Position numbers and translations under genes: made by a program. A stretch of 37,247 nucleotides of DNA, taken from the IMG/VR virus record IMGVR_UViG_3300048058_000015, positions 1 through 37,247 of that record; one strand, written 5' to 3'. Positions within the stretch are counted from its first letter, which is position 1. The number at the start of each line of letters is the position of its first letter. The notes below the pieces were generated by a model. The model was not told the origin of the DNA. It made no database searches and saw only the letters and a program-made list of their open reading frames with translations. Shown piece after piece: positions 1 through 8,337 of the stretch. This stretch comes from a virus (lineage: Duplodnaviria; Caudoviricetes).

Positions 1-157
1 TGAGTACATAAAGGGGGAATAAGGAGGCTTGCTTGTCGGCAATCCAGGACTGGGTAATGATTGTTTCAAAAGGTGTCTCCCGGGGGTTTTGATAAGATCC
101 TTCATTTCAACCTAAATTACCCTAAGACTGACATTCCGGAAAGACGGAAATAATCAG

Positions 158-206
158 AAAGGCGGTAACAATTGTTATTGATGGATTAGTAGTTGCCGCC
201 TTTTTT
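158..206 (+). terminator. Intrinsic terminator-like hairpin
   Basis: AAAGGCGGTAAC (158-169) pairs with GTTGCCGCCTTT (192-203, one G-U), followed by a T run. Confidence 0.6.
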
Positions 207-235
207 AAAAAAGTAACTTAAAAATCAATATAAAA

Positions 236-433
236 ATGGAACCAATAAGATGCATCACTTTTGATAAAAAAGCACAGGATTCGCTTCCTCAACACATCAA
301 AGATAAAATGAAAGCGGACAGAAAAAAAGCTGAATCTGAACAAAAAAATAAACAGTGTATTTGTAATAAACCGGATTTAGAATGGATAAACTCTAATATT
401 AGAATATGCACGCAATGTGGTAAACAAAGATGA
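236..433 (+). CDS. Small hypothetical protein with C-terminal zinc-ribbon-like motif
   Basis: 65 aa ORF, CxC...CxxC, A-rich leader shared with the ORF at 34498. Confidence 0.6.
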   Translation: MEPIRCITFDKKAQDSLPQHIKDKMKADRKKAESEQKNKQCICNKPDLEWINSNIRICTQCGKQR

Positions 434-495
434 AATTAACAAAAGAAATATTGCGTGCATATTCTAACTAATGAATATGTTATGATTTTATTTTG

Positions 496-503
496 TATAT
501 TTG
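496..503 (+). promoter_or_regulatory. Bacteroidota sigma-A -7 element (TATATTTG)
   Basis: Exact TAnnTTTG in intergenic DNA; no clear -33 TTTG. Confidence 0.45.
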
Positions 504-555
504 TTTGTGCAAAAATTTGTTAGTAATTCACAACTAAGTCGAATCAAGACTAAGT

Positions 556-594
556 AAAAAAGTCATTAAACCATTATAGTTTAATGACTTTTTT
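556..594. terminator. Bidirectional intrinsic terminator
   Basis: Perfect 16-bp inverted repeat AAAAAAGTCATTAAAC / GTTTAATGACTTTTTT with 7-nt loop. Confidence 0.75.
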
Positions 595-751
595 GATTAT
601 AATAACTAAGGGAGGAGTTATAATCTTTTTAAAGATAGGGAAAGTTTTATAAAGACACTTACGGTTTTTCCGTAAAATGTGGATAACCACAGAGATAAAA
701 ACATGAAAAAAAAGTAAAAGACTATTAATAATAATTCACTACCTTTAAATC

Positions 752-1255
752 ATGGCAGCACCAAAAGGAAATAAGAACGGAATAGGACACGGGCGTCCTC
801 CGATCTATGAACAAACACCGGAAAATGTTGAAATAGTAAGCAATCTTGTTGATGACTATTTTGAGTACATAAAGGGGGAATATGAAGAAAACGACGGAGA
901 AGAAACAATTAAAGATCCTCAAACAGGATTAGAAGAAACACGTAAATATAAGTACCAACACTGGATAAGAAAATCAGAGCCACCAACGGTAACAGGACTT
1001 ACTTTACATCTTGGTTTTGCAGACAAAAGCACTCTCTATGACTACTCTAAAAAGGATTGCTTTTCACACTCGATAAAAAGAGGACTTGTAAGAATAGAGC
1101 AACATCACGAGTTTAAAATAGCTGATGGAGACAGGTGTACCGGTAACATATTTGCTCTGAAAAACTTTGGCTGGGTTGATAGAATTCATCAAGATATATC
1201 GTTTCAAGAGCAGCCTTTACTTGAACAAGCTGAACAAGATGAAGAAGAAGAATAA
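752..1255 (+). CDS. terS: Terminase small subunit (P22 gp3-like DNA packaging protein)
   Basis: N-terminal MAAPKGNK..GRP, PTVTGLTLHLGF..LYDY segment, IFALKN; directly upstream of terL. Confidence 0.85.
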   Translation: MAAPKGNKNGIGHGRPPIYEQTPENVEIVSNLVDDYFEYIKGEYEENDGEETIKDPQTGLEETRKYKYQHWIRKSEPPTVTGLTLHLGFADKSTLYDYSKKDCFSHSIKRGLVRIEQHHEFKIADGDRCTGNIFALKNFGWVDRIHQDISFQEQPLLEQAEQDEEEE

Positions 1256-1287
1256 AAGTAAAACAGGTTCGAATCCTAAGACCCTAT

Positions 1288-2460
1288 TTGCAAGTGTACA
1301 AGAAAACGACTGCATGTACTAAGATACGACAACTACGAAAGCCTATTACCGGAATACAGGGGGGTACCGGAGCAGGAAAGACAACAGCTATTCTCATAAA
1401 TGAGATTGACCACCTCATAAGACATCCTTTGACAGAGACATCCTTTGTCTCAGAATCTGTACCACACCTTAAAAGAGGAGGTATCAAGGACTTTAAGAAG
1501 ATCATGAAAACAACCGGGCGTTGGAACCCTTTATCCTGGCACGGAGGTGATAAGAAGTACACGTTTTACAACGGCAGTTACCTTGAATTCTTTGGTGCAG
1601 ATGATGATTCTAAGTTGAGAGGTGCACGGAGAAACAGGCTAATAATGAATGAGGCTAATAACATGCCCTTCAAAGTGTACACTGAATTAGCGTCCAGAAC
1701 AGATCAAAAGATAACAATGGATTGGAACCCTACTCACAAGTTCTGGTTCCATAGGGAACTTATGGAGGATCCTGACGTAGATTTTCTTATCCTTACATGG
1801 TTAGATAATGAACTGTGCCCAGATAGAACTAAAGACTTTATACTTAAAGCTAAGTTTAAGGCCGCTCATTCTACGTTTTGGAAGAACTGGTATCAAGTAT
1901 ATGGCTTAGGTCAGATAGGTTCCTTAGAAGGGGTTGTCTTTCAGAACTGGGATACGATAGATTCAGTTCCTGAAGGTGCCAAGCTCTTATGTTATGGTCT
2001 TGATTTTGGTTTTACTAATGATCCGACAGCTATTGTTGCTTTATACAAGTGGAATAATTATATTATTTTAGATGAGGTTTTATACAGGAATGGACTACTT
2101 AACAGTCAAATAGCACATATACTAAAGAAAGAGAACAAGCGCACCGTATGGGCCGATTCAGCGGAACCTAAGAGCATCAAGGAAATTAAGCGTTACGGGC
2201 TTGATATAAGAGGAGCTAAGAAAGGCAAGGATTCAATCATGTACGGAATCAATCTTATGCAGGAGAAGAAGTTTTTAATAACTAAAAGGAGTGCCAACCT
2301 GATTGAAGAATTTAATAATTACACATGGCAGGTTAATAAGGAGGGAGATAAGATCAACAAGCCTATTGACGATTTTAATCACGGCATAGATGCTATCAGG
2401 TATGGGGCAGTATCAGAATTATCTAATAAGAAGCCGTATGTAAGAGCAAGAGCACAATAA
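1288..2460 (+). CDS. terL: Terminase large subunit, PBSX/SPP1-like family
   Basis: Walker A GGTGAGKT, Walker B IMNEA, WNP motif, nuclease motifs YGLDFGFTNDPTA, DSAEP, HGIDAIRY; TTG start. Confidence 0.95.
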   Translation: MQVYKKTTACTKIRQLRKPITGIQGGTGAGKTTAILINEIDHLIRHPLTETSFVSESVPHLKRGGIKDFKKIMKTTGRWNPLSWHGGDKKYTFYNGSYLEFFGADDDSKLRGARRNRLIMNEANNMPFKVYTELASRTDQKITMDWNPTHKFWFHRELMEDPDVDFLILTWLDNELCPDRTKDFILKAKFKAAHSTFWKNWYQVYGLGQIGSLEGVVFQNWDTIDSVPEGAKLLCYGLDFGFTNDPTAIVALYKWNNYIILDEVLYRNGLLNSQIAHILKKENKRTVWADSAEPKSIKEIKRYGLDIRGAKKGKDSIMYGINLMQEKKFLITKRSANLIEEFNNYTWQVNKEGDKINKPIDDFNHGIDAIRYGAVSELSNKKPYVRARAQ

Positions 2461-2477
2461 TGTTATAAATAATAGAT

Positions 2478-3029
2478 TTGGAAATTGACAACATATCAAT
2501 CAGGGATTATTTTGCACTACAAGACACAACGGCTTATGATGTGTTTATAGACTGCATGAATCCTCGCAACGATTTTGCCGGAAAGAGTTGTAATGTTTCT
2601 AAACTCACCTTTGATGAGGTTGAATTTATGAAAGGTGTATTCCGGGAGCCCACCTTTGATAATATTAAAGAGTTGTTCATCCACTTATTTAACATAAAAG
2701 GATGCATCAAAAGATCAGCAATTGATCAATACTTGTCAACATCTATATTTGACCTGTTCAGGGCCAAGACTTTTTTCCAAAACTTTATTAAGGAAATTAT
2801 TGACAAAGAGATTCTTCAGTTTTCAGAATCAGATTATAAGATGGACCTACTTAATGCAGGTGAAAGACTAAGGCCGTTCAATCATTTATTAACAAAAATA
2901 AGATTAGCAGAGCAATTTTCTACTACACCTAGCGAGATCGGGGGGTGGAAATATTCAAATACATTCACTATCTTAGTGGCAATAAAAGCGAGGGAGGACA
3001 TCCTTGAGGAGTACAGTCAGATAAAATAA
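2478..3029 (+). CDS. Hypothetical protein, possibly a tail assembly chaperone
   Basis: 183 aa ORF in the late operon; C-terminal LAEQFSTTPSEIGGW is chaperone-like (weak). Confidence 0.5.
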   Translation: MEIDNISIRDYFALQDTTAYDVFIDCMNPRNDFAGKSCNVSKLTFDEVEFMKGVFREPTFDNIKELFIHLFNIKGCIKRSAIDQYLSTSIFDLFRAKTFFQNFIKEIIDKEILQFSESDYKMDLLNAGERLRPFNHLLTKIRLAEQFSTTPSEIGGWKYSNTFTILVAIKAREDILEEYSQIK

Positions 3030-3134
3030 TAGCTGATAATGCTAGATAGCGCAGAAGAATTGTATTGTACCAAAGGTGATTTTATAAGTGGCTTAGAACA
3101 TGGCATATCATTAACAGACGGAACACATTAAACT

Positions 3135-3776
3135 ATGATTACAATTACAAACGAAGACAACATGGGCTTAATGTCCCGCTATGAAGATAATTATTTTGAC
3201 TTAGCGATAGTCGATCCGCCCTATGGAATGCCGAAAGATTCAACTCATGGTAGGGGGAAGCTCAAAAATAGAATGCTTAATAATGGTTCAGTTGAAAAAT
3301 GGGATATAGCACCTGATCAATCATATTTTAAAGAGTTATTTAGGGTGTCTGTTAATCAAATTATTTGGGGCGGGAACTATTTTAGTCTGCCTGGTTCTCG
3401 TGGTTTTGTTATTTGGGACAAACAACAACCATTTAATAATTTTTCTGCTTGTGAATTTGCTTGGATGTCTTTTCAGTGTGTATCTAAAATTTTTGTTCAA
3501 GCAGCAACACGAAGCACCGACAACATAAAAATCCATCCAACCCAAAAACCTGTTAAGCTGTATGAGTGGCTTTTAAAGAACTACGCAAAAGAGAATGATA
3601 AAATCCTAGACACTCACTTAGGAAGCGGCTCAATAGCCATAGCAATTGACAACGTAAATAGGATTGAAAAGATGAACCTCACATTAACGGCTTGCGAATT
3701 GGATAAAGATTATTACGACGCAGCCATGAAAAGACTCGAACAACACCAATCGCAATTAGTTATTCTTTATACTTAA
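3135..3776 (+). CDS. DNA methyltransferase (N6-adenine/N4-cytosine, beta class), orphan
   Basis: Catalytic DPPY before HPTQKP and SAM-binding DTHLGSGS; no cognate endonuclease nearby. Confidence 0.92.
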   Translation: MITITNEDNMGLMSRYEDNYFDLAIVDPPYGMPKDSTHGRGKLKNRMLNNGSVEKWDIAPDQSYFKELFRVSVNQIIWGGNYFSLPGSRGFVIWDKQQPFNNFSACEFAWMSFQCVSKIFVQAATRSTDNIKIHPTQKPVKLYEWLLKNYAKENDKILDTHLGSGSIAIAIDNVNRIEKMNLTLTACELDKDYYDAAMKRLEQHQSQLVILYT

Positions 3777-3794
3777 CCTATCAAATTAATATAT

Positions 3795-3902
3795 ATGGCA
3801 GACCCAAAAGAACAAGAAACACAGAATTCAGCGATAACGCTTACGGAATCACAAGAATCTGATTTGACAACTTCAGACAATCAAGAATCTGATCTATTTT
3901 AA
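3795..3902 (+). CDS. Possible 35-aa acidic micro-ORF (MADPKEQETQ...QESDLF)
   Basis: ATG to TAA filling the intergenic gap; internal QESDL repeat; below the ORF-track cutoff. Confidence 0.3.
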   Translation: MADPKEQETQNSAITLTESQESDLTTSDNQESDLF

Positions 3903-3904
3903 TT

Positions 3905-4195
3905 ATGGAAAGACGAAAATTTATTAAGAAAACGTCAGTTGCTACAATAGGAGCAACAATCGTTCCTTTAACTTTAGCAAACGATATATACATGAGTGAC
4001 GTGGAGGTGTGCACCAACATTAAGCCTGGTATCGAATTATATGAGAAGTGCTGGAGTCCAGAATTAATCGGGGAAAGATATGTACAGGCAGTTACATTTT
4101 TAACTAAAGCTATCAAAGAATCAAAAGGTAATTACGAAAAATTTTATCAAATAACTCAAAATCAAAATGATACGAAAACTAATTCATTCTATTAA
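3905..4195 (+). CDS. Hypothetical protein with twin-arginine (Tat)-like signal peptide
   Basis: MERRKFIKK followed by a moderately hydrophobic stretch ending LTLA. Confidence 0.55.
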   Translation: MERRKFIKKTSVATIGATIVPLTLANDIYMSDVEVCTNIKPGIELYEKCWSPELIGERYVQAVTFLTKAIKESKGNYEKFYQITQNQNDTKTNSFY

Positions 4196-4406
4196 AAAGG
4201 ACACACACTACTTTAAAGAGGGTGATATCATTGCTAAAGGTGCTGACGTACAGTGCATCTATTGTGGTTTAGCATTGGTAAACTATAAAAAACCTTTACG
4301 ATATAAAGAATTAATCAAGAAAAAAACCTCTATTCGAGAAAGGTTTCACAGAATTAGAATTAAAATAATGTGTTTTTTATTCTTAAAAAAAATAGAACAA
4401 TCATAA
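4167..4406 (+). CDS. Hypothetical basic protein
   Basis: 79 aa ORF; stop overlaps the next ATG. Confidence 0.45.
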   Translation: MIRKLIHSIKKDTHYFKEGDIIAKGADVQCIYCGLALVNYKKPLRYKELIKKKTSIRERFHRIRIKIMCFLFLKKIEQS

Positions 4407-4702
4407 TGGGTAAGATTCACCAGTTTCAAACAGCAGTAACGATTACCAGGGTTTTAGGGGTTGACATAACAGGAGCTACCGAAACCCTTTTAAAGTTCAA
4501 GAAACCCAGTTTAACGGAGGGTCAATTTACAGCCGTAGTGGATGACGCTACCACGGGAAAAATTTCTTTTACACCTACCAGTGCTGCGGATTTAGATGAA
4601 TATGGCAGATGGATTATATGGGGTAAGGTGACTTTTTCGGATGGTAGCGTAGCAGAATCAGAGGCAACAACAACGATGATATGGAAAGCGGGGCAATTAT
4701 AA
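4406..4702 (+). CDS. Virion structural protein, BppU N-terminal/Ig-like domain
   Basis: KFKKP..G...A.V.D...G.I.F.....DLD..G.W...G.VTF pattern; start placed at coupled TAATG (4406). Confidence 0.6.
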   Translation: MGKIHQFQTAVTITRVLGVDITGATETLLKFKKPSLTEGQFTAVVDDATTGKISFTPTSAADLDEYGRWIIWGKVTFSDGSVAESEATTTMIWKAGQL

Positions 4703-4703
4703 T

Positions 4704-5141
4704 ATGGACATAGTAGAATATTTTCAAACAGAAACGGAGAAACTAGGATGGGAGTTTTCCTATGGTATTAAGTCCAATCAAAACCTCCTGATTTCTACAC
4801 TGGAAGAAAATAAGATATTCTTTCTTCTGGATCCCGTAAAAGAGGATGAGCCTAAATCAGAGTTTGGCGGTTCCGGGGCTTTTGAATATACAGGCATGTT
4901 TATGCTTGCCGTATTATCGAATATAGATAACGTATATCATAATCAGAAAGGTCAGGAAGAAGATAAAGGCAAGTACAATAAGAACATAAAGCCTTTAAAA
5001 GCGGAGTTGGATAGGCTCAGGGATGTTATTGACTGTAGTGATTATGAACGTGAGAAATGGTCTAAGATTGAAGCTATTAATCCTCTTGACATGAATATAG
5101 ACGGATTTATTGTTACCTATAAGTTGAACACTGTACAGTAA
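4704..5141 (+). CDS. Putative tail terminator/completion protein
   Basis: 145 aa, position in tail module. Confidence 0.45.
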   Translation: MDIVEYFQTETEKLGWEFSYGIKSNQNLLISTLEENKIFFLLDPVKEDEPKSEFGGSGAFEYTGMFMLAVLSNIDNVYHNQKGQEEDKGKYNKNIKPLKAELDRLRDVIDCSDYEREKWSKIEAINPLDMNIDGFIVTYKLNTVQ

Positions 5142-5611
5142 TGGCAACAACCAAAGAGATATTTGACAGAGAGTTTAACAGCTTGATGGAAGATTTGATA
5201 AAAGAATATGATCGCTTAGGAATGAGAGCTTCCGGTAATTGGGAGGATTCTTTAGAGGTCCAAACTACCGAAGAATCAGGAAAGATAATTGGGGAGAAGT
5301 ACAGTGAGCAATTGGAATATGGGCGGCGTTCCGGGGGATTTCCTCCTGTACAAGCTATAGAAAAATGGATTATTGATAAAGGAATTGTCTCTAAAATACA
5401 AGGAGAGATAAGTGTAAGCTCATTGGCTTTTTTAATAGCCAGAAAGATAGCAAGAGAAGGGTGGAATCGTGAAGGGTTCGGAGGTGTTGAGCTTATAAGC
5501 AATGTAGTGACTGACCAGCGTATGCAAAAGATAATTGATTTATTGGGGCCAGAAATAGCCACAACATTTAGTGATAAATTGGAAAAAGAATTGGTAACTA
5601 TGTTTAATTAA
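5141..5611 (+). CDS. Putative neck/tail-completion protein (HK97 gp10-like)
   Basis: ASG....SL, LEYGRRSGGFPP...I..W, AFLIARKI motifs typical of this morphogenesis family. Confidence 0.6.
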   Translation: MATTKEIFDREFNSLMEDLIKEYDRLGMRASGNWEDSLEVQTTEESGKIIGEKYSEQLEYGRRSGGFPPVQAIEKWIIDKGIVSKIQGEISVSSLAFLIARKIAREGWNREGFGGVELISNVVTDQRMQKIIDLLGPEIATTFSDKLEKELVTMFN

Positions 5612-5617
5612 AAGATA

Positions 5618-6814
5618 ATGACACCGAGTTTGCAACTAAGGCCAAGCGCATATAAGACCTCAAAGCTATACAGTCAACTACCTACGGATGGGGTGGGTGA
5701 TTTTACGTTTGCCAGATCAAGCCTTGCAACAAGAGTGAACAGCGAAGGGCTTATTGAGGAAATGGCAATCAATATCCCAAGACTGGACTATTCGAATGAT
5801 TCTTGTCCTGAATTACTTTTAGAACCCACAAGAACAAACTTGTTACAAAGAAGTGAGGAATTTGACAATGCATATTGGACTAAAACGAATTCAACAATTT
5901 CTGCTAATGCCATTATCTCACCTGATGGAACTAAGACAGGAGACAAGCTAACTGACAACTCCACAAATGGGTCGCACGATGTTAGAAGAACTATAACAAA
6001 CAACATTGCAATACATACGCTTTCTGTATTTGCCAAAGCGGGTAGCTTGAATTGGCTAAAAGTGTTTAACGGCTACACAGTGAGTTATTTTGATTTATCA
6101 ACAGGCACAATCGGCACTTCAGGGGCTTCATCATCTAAAATCGTTGATTATGGGAATGGGTGGTATAGGTGTAGCGTTACAGACAATTATTCATCCGCTT
6201 CATCCCTTCAATTAATCGGAATAACAAATGATGATAATGTATCAAACTATTCAGGTTCAGGAGATACTATATATCTTTTTGGAGCGATGATTGAAGAAGC
6301 AGATTACCAGACAAGCTACGTTAAAACAACATCTTCAAGCGTAACCAGAGCAACGGAAACGTGTAATAGTTCGGGGGACGCAACTACATTCAATGATTTA
6401 GAAGGGGTTTTGTATGCTGAGATTTCAGCTTTGTTTGATGACTTAACAAGCAGGGTATTGTCTATTAGTGATGGAACCACCAGTAACAGGGTTTACATAA
6501 GCTATTCGACAACCACAAATCAAATCCTTGTTGATATAATTGATGGAGGCGTAAGCCAGGCCGCCATGACATACACCTTATCAGATGAAACATCCTTGTC
6601 TAAGATAGCGGTTAAGTACAAAGTTAATGATTGCGCTTTATGGGTTGATGGAGTGGAAAGAGATACAGACACAACAGCCGTAATGCCTAGCGGCTTGAAT
6701 GAGTTTATGTTCGACGATGGTGCGGGAGATAATGATTTTTACGGCAGATGCAAAGAAATCAAAGTTTTTAAAACGGCATTAACAGACACAGAACTTGAAG
6801 AATTAACGACATGA
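5618..6814 (+). CDS. Virion fibre/spike protein with concanavalin/LamG-like C-terminal domain
   Basis: FTFARSS.ATRVN..G.IE, PRLDY, LLLEP.RTNL, NGWYRC, TSY..T and ALTD.EL..LT motifs; Ser/Thr-rich. Confidence 0.7.
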   Translation: MTPSLQLRPSAYKTSKLYSQLPTDGVGDFTFARSSLATRVNSEGLIEEMAINIPRLDYSNDSCPELLLEPTRTNLLQRSEEFDNAYWTKTNSTISANAIISPDGTKTGDKLTDNSTNGSHDVRRTITNNIAIHTLSVFAKAGSLNWLKVFNGYTVSYFDLSTGTIGTSGASSSKIVDYGNGWYRCSVTDNYSSASSLQLIGITNDDNVSNYSGSGDTIYLFGAMIEEADYQTSYVKTTSSSVTRATETCNSSGDATTFNDLEGVLYAEISALFDDLTSRVLSISDGTTSNRVYISYSTTTNQILVDIIDGGVSQAAMTYTLSDETSLSKIAVKYKVNDCALWVDGVERDTDTTAVMPSGLNEFMFDDGAGDNDFYGRCKEIKVFKTALTDTELEELTT

Positions 6815-7212
6815 TAAATATAATATTAGAATGGATAGGCGATTGGGAGTTATTGATTAATAACAATGTTCTCCCATTTTATGTAACCATCACAGAGGTT
6901 ATTGAAATGACCGATAACGTGTATATGATCGGGCTGCAACAACCGGACGACTTCGATGCATTAGAACTGGCAATGGAAGCACAGGAGGATGTTTTTGTGA
7001 TCGGCACCTATAATATGGATGGAAGCCAGTATTTGTGGGGTAATGAGGTTAGCAGGAATCATACAAAAGCTAAGTATCACAGTAAGCTTAGAAATAAAAA
7101 AGAGTACGACCAGGACGGTAATTTGGTAGTAGACGAGCCCTATACCCTATTAGAGGCCGAGAGCGTGCAGGTGAATAAGTTTTATGGATGGAATGATAGG
7201 GTGTTAAATTAG
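6811..7212 (+). CDS. Hypothetical protein (tail module)
   Basis: 133 aa ORF, ATGA overlap with upstream gene. Confidence 0.6.
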   Translation: MINIILEWIGDWELLINNNVLPFYVTITEVIEMTDNVYMIGLQQPDDFDALELAMEAQEDVFVIGTYNMDGSQYLWGNEVSRNHTKAKYHSKLRNKKEYDQDGNLVVDEPYTLLEAESVQVNKFYGWNDRVLN

Positions 7213-7218
7213 AATATT

Positions 7219-8337
7219 ATGGCAATAACCTTTAGCAAATCAATTAGTACGACAGAACTTTTAAACACCTACAATAATAATGTGGTTGAGTTTTCTTCTG
7301 ACAACGTGCTTGACAGTAAATCTTGTAACATTAATATAGGCGGGTTTGACCTGGTTATCACGCCTGATAGTTCTAATTTGTTTCGTTACAACTTCAAAGA
7401 AATTGCCAAAGTAATCTTAGATAATAGATTTGCTGATGACATCGTAGCGGATGCAGACATAAAAGCTGATCCCAGTTTAATCAATACCTCGCTTGTAACC
7501 TACACGGTTACCTTTTCCGACGACAGCACCGAGCAGACAACAGAAACCTATTCCTTTGTTAAATCCGTGGAGCAGATCGCTAATGTAAGTAGTCGGCTGA
7601 TTGCCGAGCAACAGATTCTGGTCCCGACTGAACTAACCTTTTTTAAAGGGCTTCCTATTGATTTTGCACACTATTCAGATGGTGACGTAACCCTTATAAA
7701 TTCAGGCTTAGGAGTAACGAAAACACTTTCGGAAACCGCAACAGACACATATAGGATTTACTTACTCAACAAAAGAAGTCAATTTAAAAACAGGGTAGAT
7801 GCTGACGGAGGCATTTATGAAGATAATATATGCTGGGAGGAAGGTTATGATTACGAGCTGTTAAAAGATGGTTGGAATACCTTATGTGTAGAGGGAACTA
7901 CTAAAGAGGTCTTAACGATCAACCTTAAAGATATCTGTGATGGTGCTTATCTGAAATGGTTTAACAGGAAAGGCGGATGGAGTTATTGGCTGTTTGAATC
8001 TATATATTCAGAAACCTCAAGAACAAAAACAGTAGATCAATATACGGTAGACTTTGAAAGCCTGAAGGACACATTTGCAAGTGATTTAATAACAGGAAAG
8101 ACTTCTGAAAAATCCAGGAGAGTATCTTACAGCGGATTAACAGATGATGAAAGATTACAGGTAATAGACATCTTTAGCGCACCAAGAGTAGAGTTGTATA
8201 ATGGTGTGGTGGGCGAAGAACTAGGCACATGGAAAACAGTTAAAGTTAAAGACGGCACTTTCACAACGCTCAACACGAAAAGGAAAGCTTTTAATGTTGT
8301 GCTTGATATTGAATTAAGAGACTACACACATATATAA
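7219..8337 (+). CDS. Putative tail tip/distal tail structural protein
   Basis: 372 aa; YLKWFN..GGWSYWLF motif seen in Bacteroidota phage tail proteins; position. Confidence 0.6.
   Translation: MAITFSKSISTTELLNTYNNNVVEFSSDNVLDSKSCNINIGGFDLVITPDSSNLFRYNFKEIAKVILDNRFADDIVADADIKADPSLINTSLVTYTVTFSDDSTEQTTETYSFVKSVEQIANVSSRLIAEQQILVPTELTFFKGLPIDFAHYSDGDVTLINSGLGVTKTLSETATDTYRIYLLNKRSQFKNRVDADGGIYEDNICWEEGYDYELLKDGWNTLCVEGTTKEVLTINLKDICDGAYLKWFNRKGGWSYWLFESIYSETSRTKTVDQYTVDFESLKDTFASDLITGKTSEKSRRVSYSGLTDDERLQVIDIFSAPRVELYNGVVGEELGTWKTVKVKDGTFTTLNTKRKAFNVVLDIELRDYTHI

Noticed and set aside
1265-1277. AGGTTCGAATCCT T-arm-like motif between terS and terL (tRNA or attP)
   Set aside because: Only a 32-bp gap, no other tRNA arms, and no integrase in the window
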